Source: Geosiphon pyriformis uo1 (lineage: Eukaryota > Fungi > Glomeromycota). Taken from it: a stretch of DNA of 64,000 bases. Where the stretch lies: positions 219,266 to 283,265 of the forward strand of contig JAAOMT010000309.1 in NCBI GenBank assembly GCA_016748015.1. The letters run 5' to 3'. Below the pieces are notes generated by a model that was not told the origin of the DNA, searched no databases, and saw nothing but the letters and a program-made list of their open reading frames with translations. This document shows, one piece after another, positions 24,208 through 35,641 of the stretch. Within the stretch, counting starts at the first letter, position 1. Each line of letters begins with the position of its first letter. The position numbers and the translations under genes were made by a program.

Positions 24208-25421
24208 NNNNNNNNNNNNNNNNNNNNTAATAATGCCAAATTTGTAATATTAAAACTAATTAATTTTATATATAACTTGTTTATTAATTATCATAATAAA
24301 ATATAAATATATAAATTTAAATAAAAATTGATTTATATAAATGTAATTTGGTTAATAAAAATAGTTTTGTTAATTTATTAGTTTATAATTTGTTGTTAAT
24401 TTTATTTAATAGTATAATATATTTATTTAATATTTTTAAAGTATATATTATATTTGTTTTTTTTTGATTTAGATTATAATATATAAATATATAATATAAT
24501 TTTAATTGGTTTAAAAATTTAATTATATGTAATAAATATTTAATTTATATTTAATTTAAAATTTTTAATTTATTATATTATATTAAATAGCAAATAAATT
24601 ATATTTATTAAATAAAAAATAAAATAAAAACATAAAAATTTAATATTAATAATAAAAACAGTCTGTTTTTAAAGTAATTAAAAAAAATTGAAAAAAATAT
24701 TTTGTTTTAGATATTAATTTTTTAGCTGTTAAAAGAAAAAATGTTATAGATAATCAGAAAGTTATTTTTAACTGTATATAGTTTTAGAAGAGTTATCATT
24801 TTTTTAAAATTTCAAGAAATTATTATTGGCTGCAGATAAAAGAATCTTAGTAAACAGTAATCTTAAAAAACAAAAAGTACATTTAAATTGAATGGTAATT
24901 ATCAAAAAAATTCTTATGGATACTTTTAAGAAAGCAATTATTTCAGCTTTGTTCAAGTTCAGTAATATTGTATTAGTTAAATGGACTGTAGCAGAAGGCT
25001 ATGATAAAGTTTGCTGAATTGGATCAAGTTTTTATATCTAAAATAGGTAAAGAGAAACATTTTAAAAAAACAGTATATTTATATTATGTATATTTGTTGC
25101 TTTATTTTTACTTGCATTATTTTGACAAACTATTCATTATTAACATGTCAAACTTTTTTTGGAAAGCTTTTTTAATGCTATATGTTCTGCTACTGTCATT
25201 TATCTAAAAAAAAAAGAACAGCTTTATAACCACTATTTCTTGTTAAAGACCTAGCAAAACATGTAGTAAATTCCTTATTAACAAAAATAACTGATTTTGA
25301 ATAAAAAATGAGAGTATTGAAAGTTTTACCACAGGTTAGTACATTCCATATTTAGTCTTTTCTATAATCTACATCTAGTGATAATTTCACAGCAAATACT
25401 ACAATATTAGTATATTGCTGG

Positions 25422-25827
25422 TGTTACAGGTAAACTTGGTAAGTATGGGAAATGATAACGTTTGGTGCTCTCAATTATTGATGATACGTCTTCCATGTAA
25501 TTTTGTTGGCTTAGTCTTGATTATCAGTCTCTAAAAGTCTATTCCTGGATGTGAATTTTATCCATTGAGTTTTTTGGTTATAAGGCACAGAGTTTGTCTT
25601 TCATTGATTGCAACGTTTTTCGTAAATGTGAGCTTTCTTCTCTGAACTAATGAGTGCAGTCATAAGGGTCTGGCATTGTCTTTTCGCCCTTCTGGTAAGC
25701 TAACAAAATAATGTTAATATCCAAAACTTAGGAAGAGCTTCCCTCTTTTATCAGGCTATCACGAAGTCTATTCTCAGATAGTTAATTTTACTATATTGCC
25801 ACTCCACAAAAAATAAGACAGAAAAAG

Positions 25828-25861
<34 letters not shown>

Positions 25862-26493
25862 GAAAAGATAAATTAGTATCATCAATTGCCGTGATCAAGA
25901 GCAATTGGTCCAAATCGTTAATAAGTTTGAGACAGTTATGCTAAGAGCATCTGTTCTAGAATAAAGGTACAAGACAAAAATTAATTCACATAAATTTCAC
26001 AAAGTTCGAGAACATGAATTTGTGATTCTGATTTCTTTTAATAATTGGTTTATTTCAGGAAATGAAATAGGGAAGATAATAAAGAATGAAGGGATATGGA
26101 TATTTTAATTTCTGGTCTAGAGATTCGTATCTATTTTTTCTTCTCTGTCTTTTCTCACTTCTACAACTACTTGCTTTTATACATTTTTTTGGTTTTACAA
26201 AATTGCTTTTAATTGTCTCGCTATTGCTAGCTATTACTTTGTTGTTTCTGTTATTGCTTTATTTTTCTATATTATCGCTAGTTATCCTATGTTATAACAT
26301 GTTATCTGACATTATTACATGTTATTCTGTGTTATCCTGCATTATAATACGTTATCTTATGTTATTGCGCACTATTCTGTGTTATCTTGCATTATAACAT
26401 GTTATCTAATGCTATTGCATGTTATTCTGTGTTATGTTATGTTTTGGTCATGTTTCTTCATAACTTTGGATCAGTTTTTTTACTTGGGTAACA
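25422..26493 (-). repeat. 3' LTR, copy 1 (PPT aaaaagagagggataa at 26494-26509)
   Basis: tgttac..gtaaca termini; homologous to 34534-35641; adjacent polypurine tract on the minus strand. Confidence 0.95.
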
Positions 26494-26507
26494 TTATCCC
26501 TCTCTTT

Positions 26508-27239
26508 TTAAAATTAAGCTCCTGCAAAACCGTATGTATCTGTTATCATGGCTTCATTCATGTAATGTTTGATTGTTGCCTCGAATATTGCCTTTTGTAG
26601 GTCTTCGAACTGTTGATTGGTTATTCATCCTATGCTGTTAACTGTTATGGTTTTCATAGATCCGTTCAGTAGTACGTTTGGGCAATGTTGGAAGGTGGCG
26701 TATAGTTGGTATGCTGCTTTGTAATATAGGGTCAGGTTGTTTTTCCCTATGAATTTTTCTACTTGTTGTATTGCTTCTTTGTTGAATGTTTTCTGGCTGA
26801 GGTCTTCATATGGTGTTTTCAAGTCAAGTTGTTCTCCAATTTTGTAGAACCAATAAGTTGAAGAAAGTCTTTCTTTCCATTCCTGGGCATTGTCAAGTGT
26901 TTACTCCCCTGTTTCAGGGAGTTTGGTCTCACAAGCTAAAGCTTCTTTTATTTCTTTGAGCTCAAGAACCAAGTATCTTCTTTTGTAACCTTTTTCTCGT
27001 TCTTTGCCTCCTTTTCCACCCCCCGTCTGAAGACAATTTTTTCTCCCACATTGCCTTTCGGGTGGTGGGTAGGGAAGGGAATGTTTAGTTCTAATTGAAC
27101 TCTCGTCCTTTCCTCTCCTGCTTTTATCTTTATACTGTATCTCTTTTTTATCAATTGTTATTTCTATTTGAGATGTCGATTTTTGAATTGTTTCAAATAA
27201 TTGTTTAGATAATTTTAAAATTTAATCTGAAAGATCCAT
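26508..27239 (-). pseudogene. Extra ORF3 (243 codons) between integrase and PPT, copy 1
   Basis: The same 732-nt frame is present in all three copies (MDLSDQILK...YGFAGAQF*); most internal stops are sense codons in another copy. Confidence 0.7.
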
Positions 27240-27319
27240 GTTAAAATTTTTATTATTTCTTGCTGCTTTTCAGATGCTATATATATTTGAATTCTCCAAT
27301 TTAATTTGCTGTTCATTGT

Positions 27320-30300
27320 CTACGTTTCAATGACAATGATTGGTTCCAGATCTTGTGGTATATCTTCTGGTCTGATTAATGAAATTTGTGTTCCTAGTTG
27401 AATTACTGATGACAATAATTCCTGTTTTACATGATAAATTTTTAACCAATTTCCATGCGCTACTTTCTTTAAAATCCTGTCTTCCAATTGTAATTTGTAA
27501 GCTCCATTTCCTAACACTTCATGTATGTGGAATGGACCATTTCACTTTGGGTCAAACTTTTCACTCCACTGTTTCTTAGTTTTTGTATAATGTAACAGTA
27601 CTTGGTCTCCAATCTTGAATTCCATTGGTTGTTTTGATAGATGTTTATCATGTCTTTCTTTTTGTCATTCTTGAGCGTGACTAATATTGCCAGCTGCTGT
27701 TCTTCGATTGTTTTTCAACATTTCTTTTAGCTGATACATTCTTTGGTGTAAGATAGCCTCAAAATTCTCTTCATTGATTGTTTCTGTTGGGTATGACAGT
27801 ATTACTCGTTCAATTAGTAACATAGCTTTTCTTCTATAGATTAGTTCAAATGGTGTGAACTGAGTCATATTTTGTTTCAATGTTTGGTATGCAAAGAGTA
27901 CAGAAGATATGAATAAGTCCCATTCTTGTCTGTTTTCATGACTTATTTTTGCTAGTGCTTCGCACAGTGTTCTGTTAAATCATTCTACCAGTCTATTTGT
28001 TTGTGGGTGGTATGGTAATGATAAGGGTCTCTTTATTCCAAACCATTGGCTTAGTTCAGTCAGCATATTATTAACAAAGTGTGTTCCCTGATCAGATAAT
28101 AATTCTTTTGGACATTCATGTCAGCAAATTAGGTCTTGATGCACAAATTCAGCGACTGTTTTGGTGTCAGCCACTTGGATTGCTCTGACTTCTGGCCATT
28201 TTGTAAGATAGTTTATGGCTACAGTGATATAGTGATTTCCTTGGGATGTAATTGAAAGAGGTCCAACCAAATCAATCCCAATTCTATCAAATGGATTTCC
28301 AACTGGAATGGGTCGAAGTGGTTCTGTTGATCTTGCTCTTCCTTTTCGCTGGCATGCATCACAATTGAGCACGTATTCGAAAATGTCTTTGTGCATCATT
28401 GGCCAATAGTATAAGTTTAGTGTTCTTTCAAGGGTAGCGTTTTTGTTAAAGTGTTCTGCAGTCAGATTTGAGTGCACACTATATAGTATAGTTTCTCTTT
28501 CACTGTCCATGATTAGTTGTTGTGAGTTGGAGTGGTTTCGGCATTCTCGTCAATATAGTTGGTTGTCTTGAATAAAATAATTTTGGGCTTGTTTTCATAT
28601 GGTACTCTGTTTCTGTTAAGATAATATCTCCTTGAAACTTAGTGTCGATAGGTACTGATGTAGTTGTTAATAAGTGAGTGTATCCATGAGTTTGGGATTA
28701 GGTTTGTGGCATCCTCGACAACTGTCAGCATTGGTGTTCTTGGATCTTTTCTTGTAATGAACTTTGAGTGAGAATTGTTGCAAATAAGTACTCCATCTCA
28801 CATATTTTCTTTCTAGTTGTGGATTGTTGAGTAACCAAATAAGTCCTTTGTGATTGGTATATAAGTCAAATGGTTAACTAAGGTAATGTTTCCAAGTCTG
28901 TATGACCCAATAAATGGCAAGACATTCTAGATCTGTTGTGCTGTAATTCTTTTCTGCTGGGCTAGTGCTGCGACTAGTGTAGGCAACTGGGTGTTCTCTA
29001 TTGTCCGGTCCTATCTGTGATAAGACTGCTTCTAGAGCATTTTTCGAGACGTCTGTAGCAACAATGAACCGTTTAGTGAAATCTAGGTAAATTAGGATTG
29101 GAGATTTGATCAATCACTGCTTGAGATAGTTGAATGCTCTCTGTTGATCTTCCTTCCACAAGTATGGTACGTATTTAGACAACAATTGATGAAGTGGTTT
29201 TGTGATGTTCGAGAAATCTTTGACAAATTGACAATAATATCTTGTTAATCCTAGAAATTCTTGTAATTCTCTGAGATTGATTAGGACTGGAAAATTTTTG
29301 ACTTTTTGTACTTTATCTGGATCGGGTTTAACTCTGTTCTTGCCGATTATATGTCCTAGGAATTTTAACTCAGTTTTTTCAAAGAAGCACTTTTCGGGAT
29401 TGAGTTTCAATCTGGCACTATAAAGGTGTTCGAAGACTTGTTGCAGGTGGAGCAGATGGTCTTCGAATGTTTTGGAGAACATGTTTGTGTCATTTAGATA
29501 GACTACTATTGATTTCCAAAGGATTTCTTTGTATACTACATCTATCAGGCGTTGAAATGTGGCAGAAGTATTACAAAGTCCAAAAGGCATTACGTTAAAC
29601 TCAAAGTTTCCGTCTCGAGTGGTAAATGCTGTTTTTTCTTTGTCTTTGGGGTCCATTTCAACTTGCCAGTAACCACTTGCTTAATCTAATGACAAGAACC
29701 ATTTCTTTTTCCCTAGATTGTCCAGAATTTTCTGGATGAGGGAAGTGGGATAACTATCTCTTCGCATGACACTATTTAGTTTTTGATAATCTATGCAGAA
29801 TCGCACTTTTCCGTTTTTCTTGGTGACTAAGACTATTGGCGAGGACCAAGGGCTTAATGATTCTTTGATTAGGCCGTTATCAAGCATCTGTTGCACTTCT
29901 TGCTTAATTAGGTTATTGCCAGATGGGGGTATGCAGTAAGCTCATTGCTTAATTGGTCGAGCGTCTTCTGTATCAATCTGATGCTTCACAATGTCAGTGC
30001 GTCCAAACTCATTTTTGCTGGCAAAGACATTGGCATACTGATTCAGAAGAACTTTGAGTTGTATTTGTTGCAGGGTACTTAAATTTTCTAAATTCAATTT
30101 ATTGATCTCTTCTGGTGTGAACAAGTAACTTTCTTTTGACAAATTTCATACTTGTAAGGTAATGTCACAGAATAAGAATAATTGTGCGAAATCTGGAATG
30201 GACTGAGGTTTTTCAGGATTCTGACTATCTGCGGATATGGAACCGATAAGGGTTCCTTTGGAGATTTCAATGACATCTTTTGTCGGATTGTGGATGGAGA

Positions 30301-33300
30301 TTTTAAAGTGTTTATGGGCTTTGGCCAATAGGTATAGATTAGCAACATTGGCTAAGGAACAGATTTCGGGACTGGCTTCAAATAATAAGGCTTGATCTTG
30401 GATCTTTCGATTCACCTTGAGGATGTATTGTCAGTATGAGAGAATGGAGATGACAGTGTCGGTGTGGATAAATTCTACCTGGTTACTGTCTTCTTCCATG
30501 AAATTAACTGGTACGTTTCCTCTTCCACTTGATTCAAACCCATTGATTCCTCGAGCAGTGAGGCCTAACTCTTCTCAGGTTGTTACCGGGGTTAATTGGG
30601 GTATTTTGACTAGGAGTAAGAAGATAGCTTGGGCAATCTTTTCTTGTGATTCTATTTTGTAGGGTCTGTTCGAATTGTTCTGTAGCATTATGATGATGTT
30701 TCCCGTGTAACTGGCATCAATGATTTCTTCTTTTATGTTGATTTCTTTTTTGGTTAGACTAGATCAAGAGGCAACTTGTACCATTGTACTAACAGAAATT
30801 TCTAATGCTATCTTAAGATCTATTTTTACGAGAGAATGTGGGGCTATAATGATAGGTGATTGTCTAAGGTATTGTAAATTGAAACCAGCATTGGTGTTAT
30901 GCACTCTTTCGGGGCAGATTCCTTCCTCGTTGTCACTGTACCATTTTAGCTTTAGTTCTTTGGAGAGGTTGGGATATGCGAGATACTGTTCTGTTTCGGT
31001 ATCCTCAGTTAGATCTTGAAATGACATGTCCTCGGTGATCAATACCTCTTTTTCGGGTTCAGGTAGTTCGGTGATTGGAAACAGTATTCTTGGAGGCGGA
31101 TTGAACATGAGATTACATTCATCGCAGTACTGGAAGTGACAAGGGATCAAACAGTGATTGCATAGTTTGGTATTCAAATCAGCCAACTTTTGCTCCTGTT
31201 CTTCGCGAGTTGGGGCCAATTCCTGATATCAGTTCTGAAATGCGTCTGGGTCATCTGTAAAAAAATTATCCTTGGAGTAGTTGGGTCCAGTATATTCGGA
31301 CATCCAAAGGTTGTCCTTAATTTCTTGTATTTCTTCGAGTGTGGTGCCTTTGGCCTTGGTGCTTGCCATTCTCCAGATTTCATGGTCATTGTGTAAATAA
31401 CCGTCTAGCCTGTTGAGTGCTTGTTTCCAAGTGTCCTCGATGGGGGTTCCCTTTCATACCCAATCATTGATTAATATGGTGTATTGACAAGTCTTGTCGC
31501 ATGTTCCTCCTCTGCCAGGCACATCATTCCAGAGTTTTTTATCTGGCAGAATTTCGCTACATGCGAGACATGGTGTGTGGTCCCACTTGTCTTGTCATTT
31601 TGGTCATCCAAATCTTTCCAGTAAACAAGACCTGCAATAGTATTTGGTGGCGGTGGGCCATTCTTCATTGTCCCTGATACATGCGCCCATAGTGAATAGT
31701 TTTTTCTCACAATTGACACATATTAGTCTTGGGGGTTGGTAAAATAAGTTTCTTTGGTCCGAAGTTATGTATCTTAGTGATAACAATTGGAGTTCTTCTT
31801 TGGCACTGCCTTTTCCTTTTTCTTCCCAGGTTGGTGGTGAGGGTAGTTCAGTTCAATAATCATCTGTCCATGAAACCTGATAGGTCTCAATGATTGGTGG
31901 CATTGATGTGTTTTTGAATTCAATAAGGGGTTCCTCGGTACATTGGTTTTTAAAGTGTCTGCACGTAGCTGGGACTCGGGCATACTGTCTATTGAACGTG
32001 AGTTGAAGTTCTTGGATGTTTCAGTTGAGAGTAGCATTGGCTTTTGACAACCAGTCGTTTCCTACTAGAGCTTGATATTAAGTAGCTTCCATGATGAATA
32101 CTTTGGTAGAGATTTAGATTCCATTAATCTCGAAGAGAAAGTTGTCAATTTCTCCTATTGGGGTTTTTGTGTTCCCATCCGCTGTAATGATCTGGGCAGT
32201 AGTAGCACAGTCTACTTGGTGATTTAGTTGGTCTATAAGCTGCTTCGTGATTATGCTACCGGCTGATCCGCTATCCAAGATTAATTTAATGTCTATTCCT
32301 CCAACTCTGACATCGGTGTATAAGGCCATTATTGGTTTATCTTGATTGATGGCTGCTCCACTAAAAAGGCTATGTGTGTTCAAATTATTGATGTCAAAAG
32401 GAAATATGGCAGCTAGGGTGGTGTCTTCAGTAATAGTGGCTGGTAAGATATTGCTTTTTGTTTGCTTGGAAGGTTGGGAGATTCATTTTATATCCTCCCT
32501 TTCTACAGGTGTAGATTTATCAAAACCCTGGTCTTCCATAATACTGAAATAGGAAGCTTGATTTGGGTATCCAGTTGGTGTTGGTTGAGATTGGGCAGGA
32601 CCGCAAGGGATTGGTCGAGATAGTCCACTGTTGGTTTGTATTTGATTGTTGTTGGGATTCCTTCATCTTTGATTATAGTCTATAGCTCGAGGTCTGGACA
32701 GGCTGTAAGGGGAAGTTTGATAGTAAGGGATTGTTTGTGTCATTGGTAGTAGTTGATAATAATTCTGGAGCGGTGGTTGAGTGTACAAAACTTGTTGTGT
32801 ATATAAGGGTGGTTAATTCTGAGATATAGAATATTGGGGTATTATGTTTTGCTGATATCTGGGTTGCTGGTATGGGTTTTCTTGATTTTGGTCCATGATC
32901 TTCCTTCTGCAGTCATGGGCAATGTGTCCAGGTTTCTGGTAGTAGTAGCAGTTGTGGGGATTGGATCTCCAAGGTTGTTGCTGTTGCTGTGGGTATCTGC
33001 TGTTGTTGTTATTTTCTCTCTGTTGGGGTGGTTGGTAAGTTTCTGTAGTTCCGGCTAAGAATTCCTCAATTTTCTGAGTTAGTTTTTCACTCAATTGGAT
33101 TATCTTTGCATTGATGTCAGAGGTTCCGTTAATGGCTAAATTAACAGCTTGAGTATGGTTTGCTTCTTGTTCTGCAGACTCAAAATCGCGAGCGAGAGTG
33201 ATGGCGTCTTGTAAACTGGTTGGATGGCAGGGTCTTACAGATCTTAAAATACTACTCCGCAATCTTTTAATGAATTGATTAAAAACTTGTGCCATAGTAT

Positions 33301-34510
33301 AGTAGTCTCTTTCAATAGCTAATATTTGACGCAGGATTTGATTGAATCATCCGAGATAAATAGTTACTGCTTCGTGATCTTTTTGTTTAATTATGCTAAA
33401 TTGATTCTGCAATCGGATTAATATATTGGGATCACAGAAGTATTGCAGAAATGCGAGTTTAAACTTGGTAAAGAAGGTAGGCTTCTTTGTTAGGCTCTGG
33501 TACCACAAATCGGCAGTTCCAATCAGAAAAAACGGCAGTGCCTGAACTGTGCAGTTGTCATTCCAACCATTAGCAGTAATTGCTTTCTCAGCATCCGCGA
33601 TCCAAGAATATGCATTATCTTCTTCACCAGAGAATTTTTCCAATTTAGCAATATTTAGGTAAGCCATGATCTGGTTAATGGGTGGGGTGTTACTGGTTAT
33701 ATTTAAAAAGATTGGTGTCCGTGTATTTGAGTGTTTTCCGGGTGCTAATGCTGGTTGCTTTTCTTTGTTACTTGAACCAATAGGTTGTAAGATAGCTGTT
33801 TTTTTCATCAGGGAAGATGCTGATTCTGCTAGGTTTTGTGCTAGTGGCTGTTTCCAAGTTGACGGGTTTCCTTCTGTTTGACCGGCTGCTGGGGTAAAAT
33901 TTCCAAACAGCAATCCGTATTCTCCTAGTGATTTGGTCTAATTGTGTTGATTCCAAGAGTGTGGATTTCCAGGAGTTTAAGATGTTTCTGACTGGGTTTT
34001 TGGGGGTGGGTTGAATACAATTCTACTTTAAGGTGTCTGATGGTATAATGGAGTTGTTGGGAAGAGGATCCTTAGTTTCTTGTTGACTATGAACTTGGCT
34101 TGGGCAGTTACGGGGTTGTTGGATTTGTTTTCATATTCCTCAGGGTCGGATTCCACTGGTTGTTGTACTTGAGGGAATCGTTGTGCCATGTAATATTTAA
34201 TGTCTGTATTAATTATGCACAGAGTTTTAGCGATTGCTCGGGTAGTTGTGGCTGTTGAGTATCTTAGTAAGCTTTGATGGATTTGTTCTCTAAGTCTTCC
34301 TGTATCAGTTGTGCAGCCTAACAAGCAGTCAATTTTTGTGTTGATATAGTTACAAAAATCACTTTCTGCATAAGCGGTTCCTACTGGTATTCCTAGGTTT
34401 TTTCGAAAGTATTGAAATAGTGTTTTTCCGTATGAAAAGTGGTCCTTTTCTATTGTTCCAATAGTTGCCACTTTTATGTATTTTTGGAGGTGCTCTGTCT
34501 CTGTGGATTT
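27320..34510 (-). pseudogene. gag-pol polyprotein (N-extension, Gag, CCHC, protease, Cys-rich region, dUTPase, RT, RNase H, integrase), copy 1
   Basis: The 14 domain-bearing ORF fragments from 34471 to 27320 lie in one frame; motifs LILDSGS, VMPFGL, YLND (=YLDD), VATDVS..YSTTDLE, H..H..CDAC, IGIDLVGP, GPF. Confidence 0.93.
30520..30960 (-). pseudogene. dut: dUTPase domain within pol, copy 1
   Basis: Motifs NAGFNL, AS*SSL, IIDASYTGNI, EKIAQAI, RGINGFESSG. Confidence 0.9.
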
Positions 34511-34512
34511 AT

Positions 34513-34531
34513 AACCTCACAGGGAGCACCA
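34513..34531 (-). promoter_or_regulatory. Primer binding site TGGTGCTCCCTGTGAGG (tRNA 3' end; elongator Met or Ile-UAU most likely)
   Basis: Begins with TGG 2 nt inside the 5' LTR boundary; the complement ..CCTCACAGGGAGCACCA resembles a tRNA T-stem/acceptor plus CCA. Confidence 0.85.
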
Positions 34532-34533
34532 AA

Positions 34534-34933
34534 TATTACAGGTAAACTTGGTAGATATGGGAAATGGTAATGTTTGGTGCTCTCAATTATTGATGATGCA
34601 TCTTCTACGTAATTCTGTTGGCTTAGTCTTGATTATCAGTCTCTGAAGGTCTATTCCTATATGTGAATTTTACCCATTGAGTTCTTTGGTTATAAGGCAC
34701 AGAATTTGTCTTTCGTCAATTGCAATGTTTTTCATAAATGTGAGCTTTCTTCTCTGAACTAACAAGCGCAGTTGTTAGGGTCTGGCATTGTCTTTTTGCC
34801 CTTCTGGTAAGCTAACAAGATAATGTTAATATCCAAAACTTAGAGAGAGCTTCCCTCTTTTACCAGGCTATCACGAAGTCTATTTCCAAACAGTCAATTT
34901 TACTATGTTGCTGCTCCACAAAAAATAAGACAG

Positions 34934-34977
<44 letters not shown>

Positions 34978-35641
34978 AAAAAAAAGAGAAAAAAGATAAA
35001 TTAGTATCATCAATTGCCGTGATCAAGAGCAATTGGTCCAAATCGTTAATAAGTTTGAGACAGTTATGCTAAGAGCATCTGTTCTAGAATGGAGGTACAA
35101 GACAAGGGTTAATTCATGTAAATTTCACAAAGTTCGAGAACATGAATTTGTGATTCTGATTTCTTTTAATAATTGGTTTATTTCAGAAGATGAAATAAGG
35201 AAGATAATAAAAAATGAAAGGGTATGGATATTTTAATTTCTGGTCTAGAAGTTTGTATCTATTTTTTCTTCTCTGTCTTTTCTCACTTCTACAATTACTT
35301 GCTTTTATACATTTTTTTGGTTTTACAGGATTGCTTTCAATTGTCTTGTTATCACTAGCTATTGTTTTGTTGTTTCTGTTATTGCTTCATTTTTCTATGT
35401 TATCGCTAGTTATCTTATGTTATAACACGTTATCTGACATTATTACATGTTATTCTGTGTTATCCTGCATTATAACACGTTATTCTATGTTATTGTGCGC
35501 TATTCTGTATTATCCTGCATTATAACACGTTATCCAATGTTATAACACGTTATCCAACACTATTGCACGTTATTCTGTGTTATGTCACATTTTGGTCACA
35601 TTTTTTCATAACTTTAGATCGGTTTTTTTACTCGGGTAACA
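34534..35641 (-). repeat. 5' LTR, copy 1
   Basis: Homologous to 25422-26493; adjacent to the PBS and TSD. Confidence 0.95.

Larger units (their letters stand above)
25422..35641 (-). mobile_element. Ty3/gypsy LTR retrotransposon, copy 1 (~10.2 kb), TSD CTGG (25418-25421 / 35642-35645)
   Basis: Two ~1.1-kb LTRs ending TGTTAC..GTAACA, PBS, PPT, and gag-PR-RT-RH-IN domain order. Confidence 0.97.

Noticed and set aside
25418-25421. Site-specific integration of three independent gypsy copies
   Set aside because: The shared 5'/3' LTR asymmetry indicates one insertion that was later duplicated.
26086-26397. 103-aa hydrophobic ORF recurring in five LTRs (possible membrane protein)
   Set aside because: It is antisense, T-rich and overlaps the 10-bp array. 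It contains almost no codons that C->T/G->A can turn into stops, so staying open is not evidence of selection.
30417-33881. Plus-strand ORFs opposite gag-pol (and equivalents in the other copies)
   Set aside because: Antisense shadows of the pol frame.
34934-34975. Long poly(A) run as a retrocopy tail
   Set aside because: It is the LTR-internal (GAAAAAAAA)n tract seen in all LTRs, homogenised by G->A and slippage.
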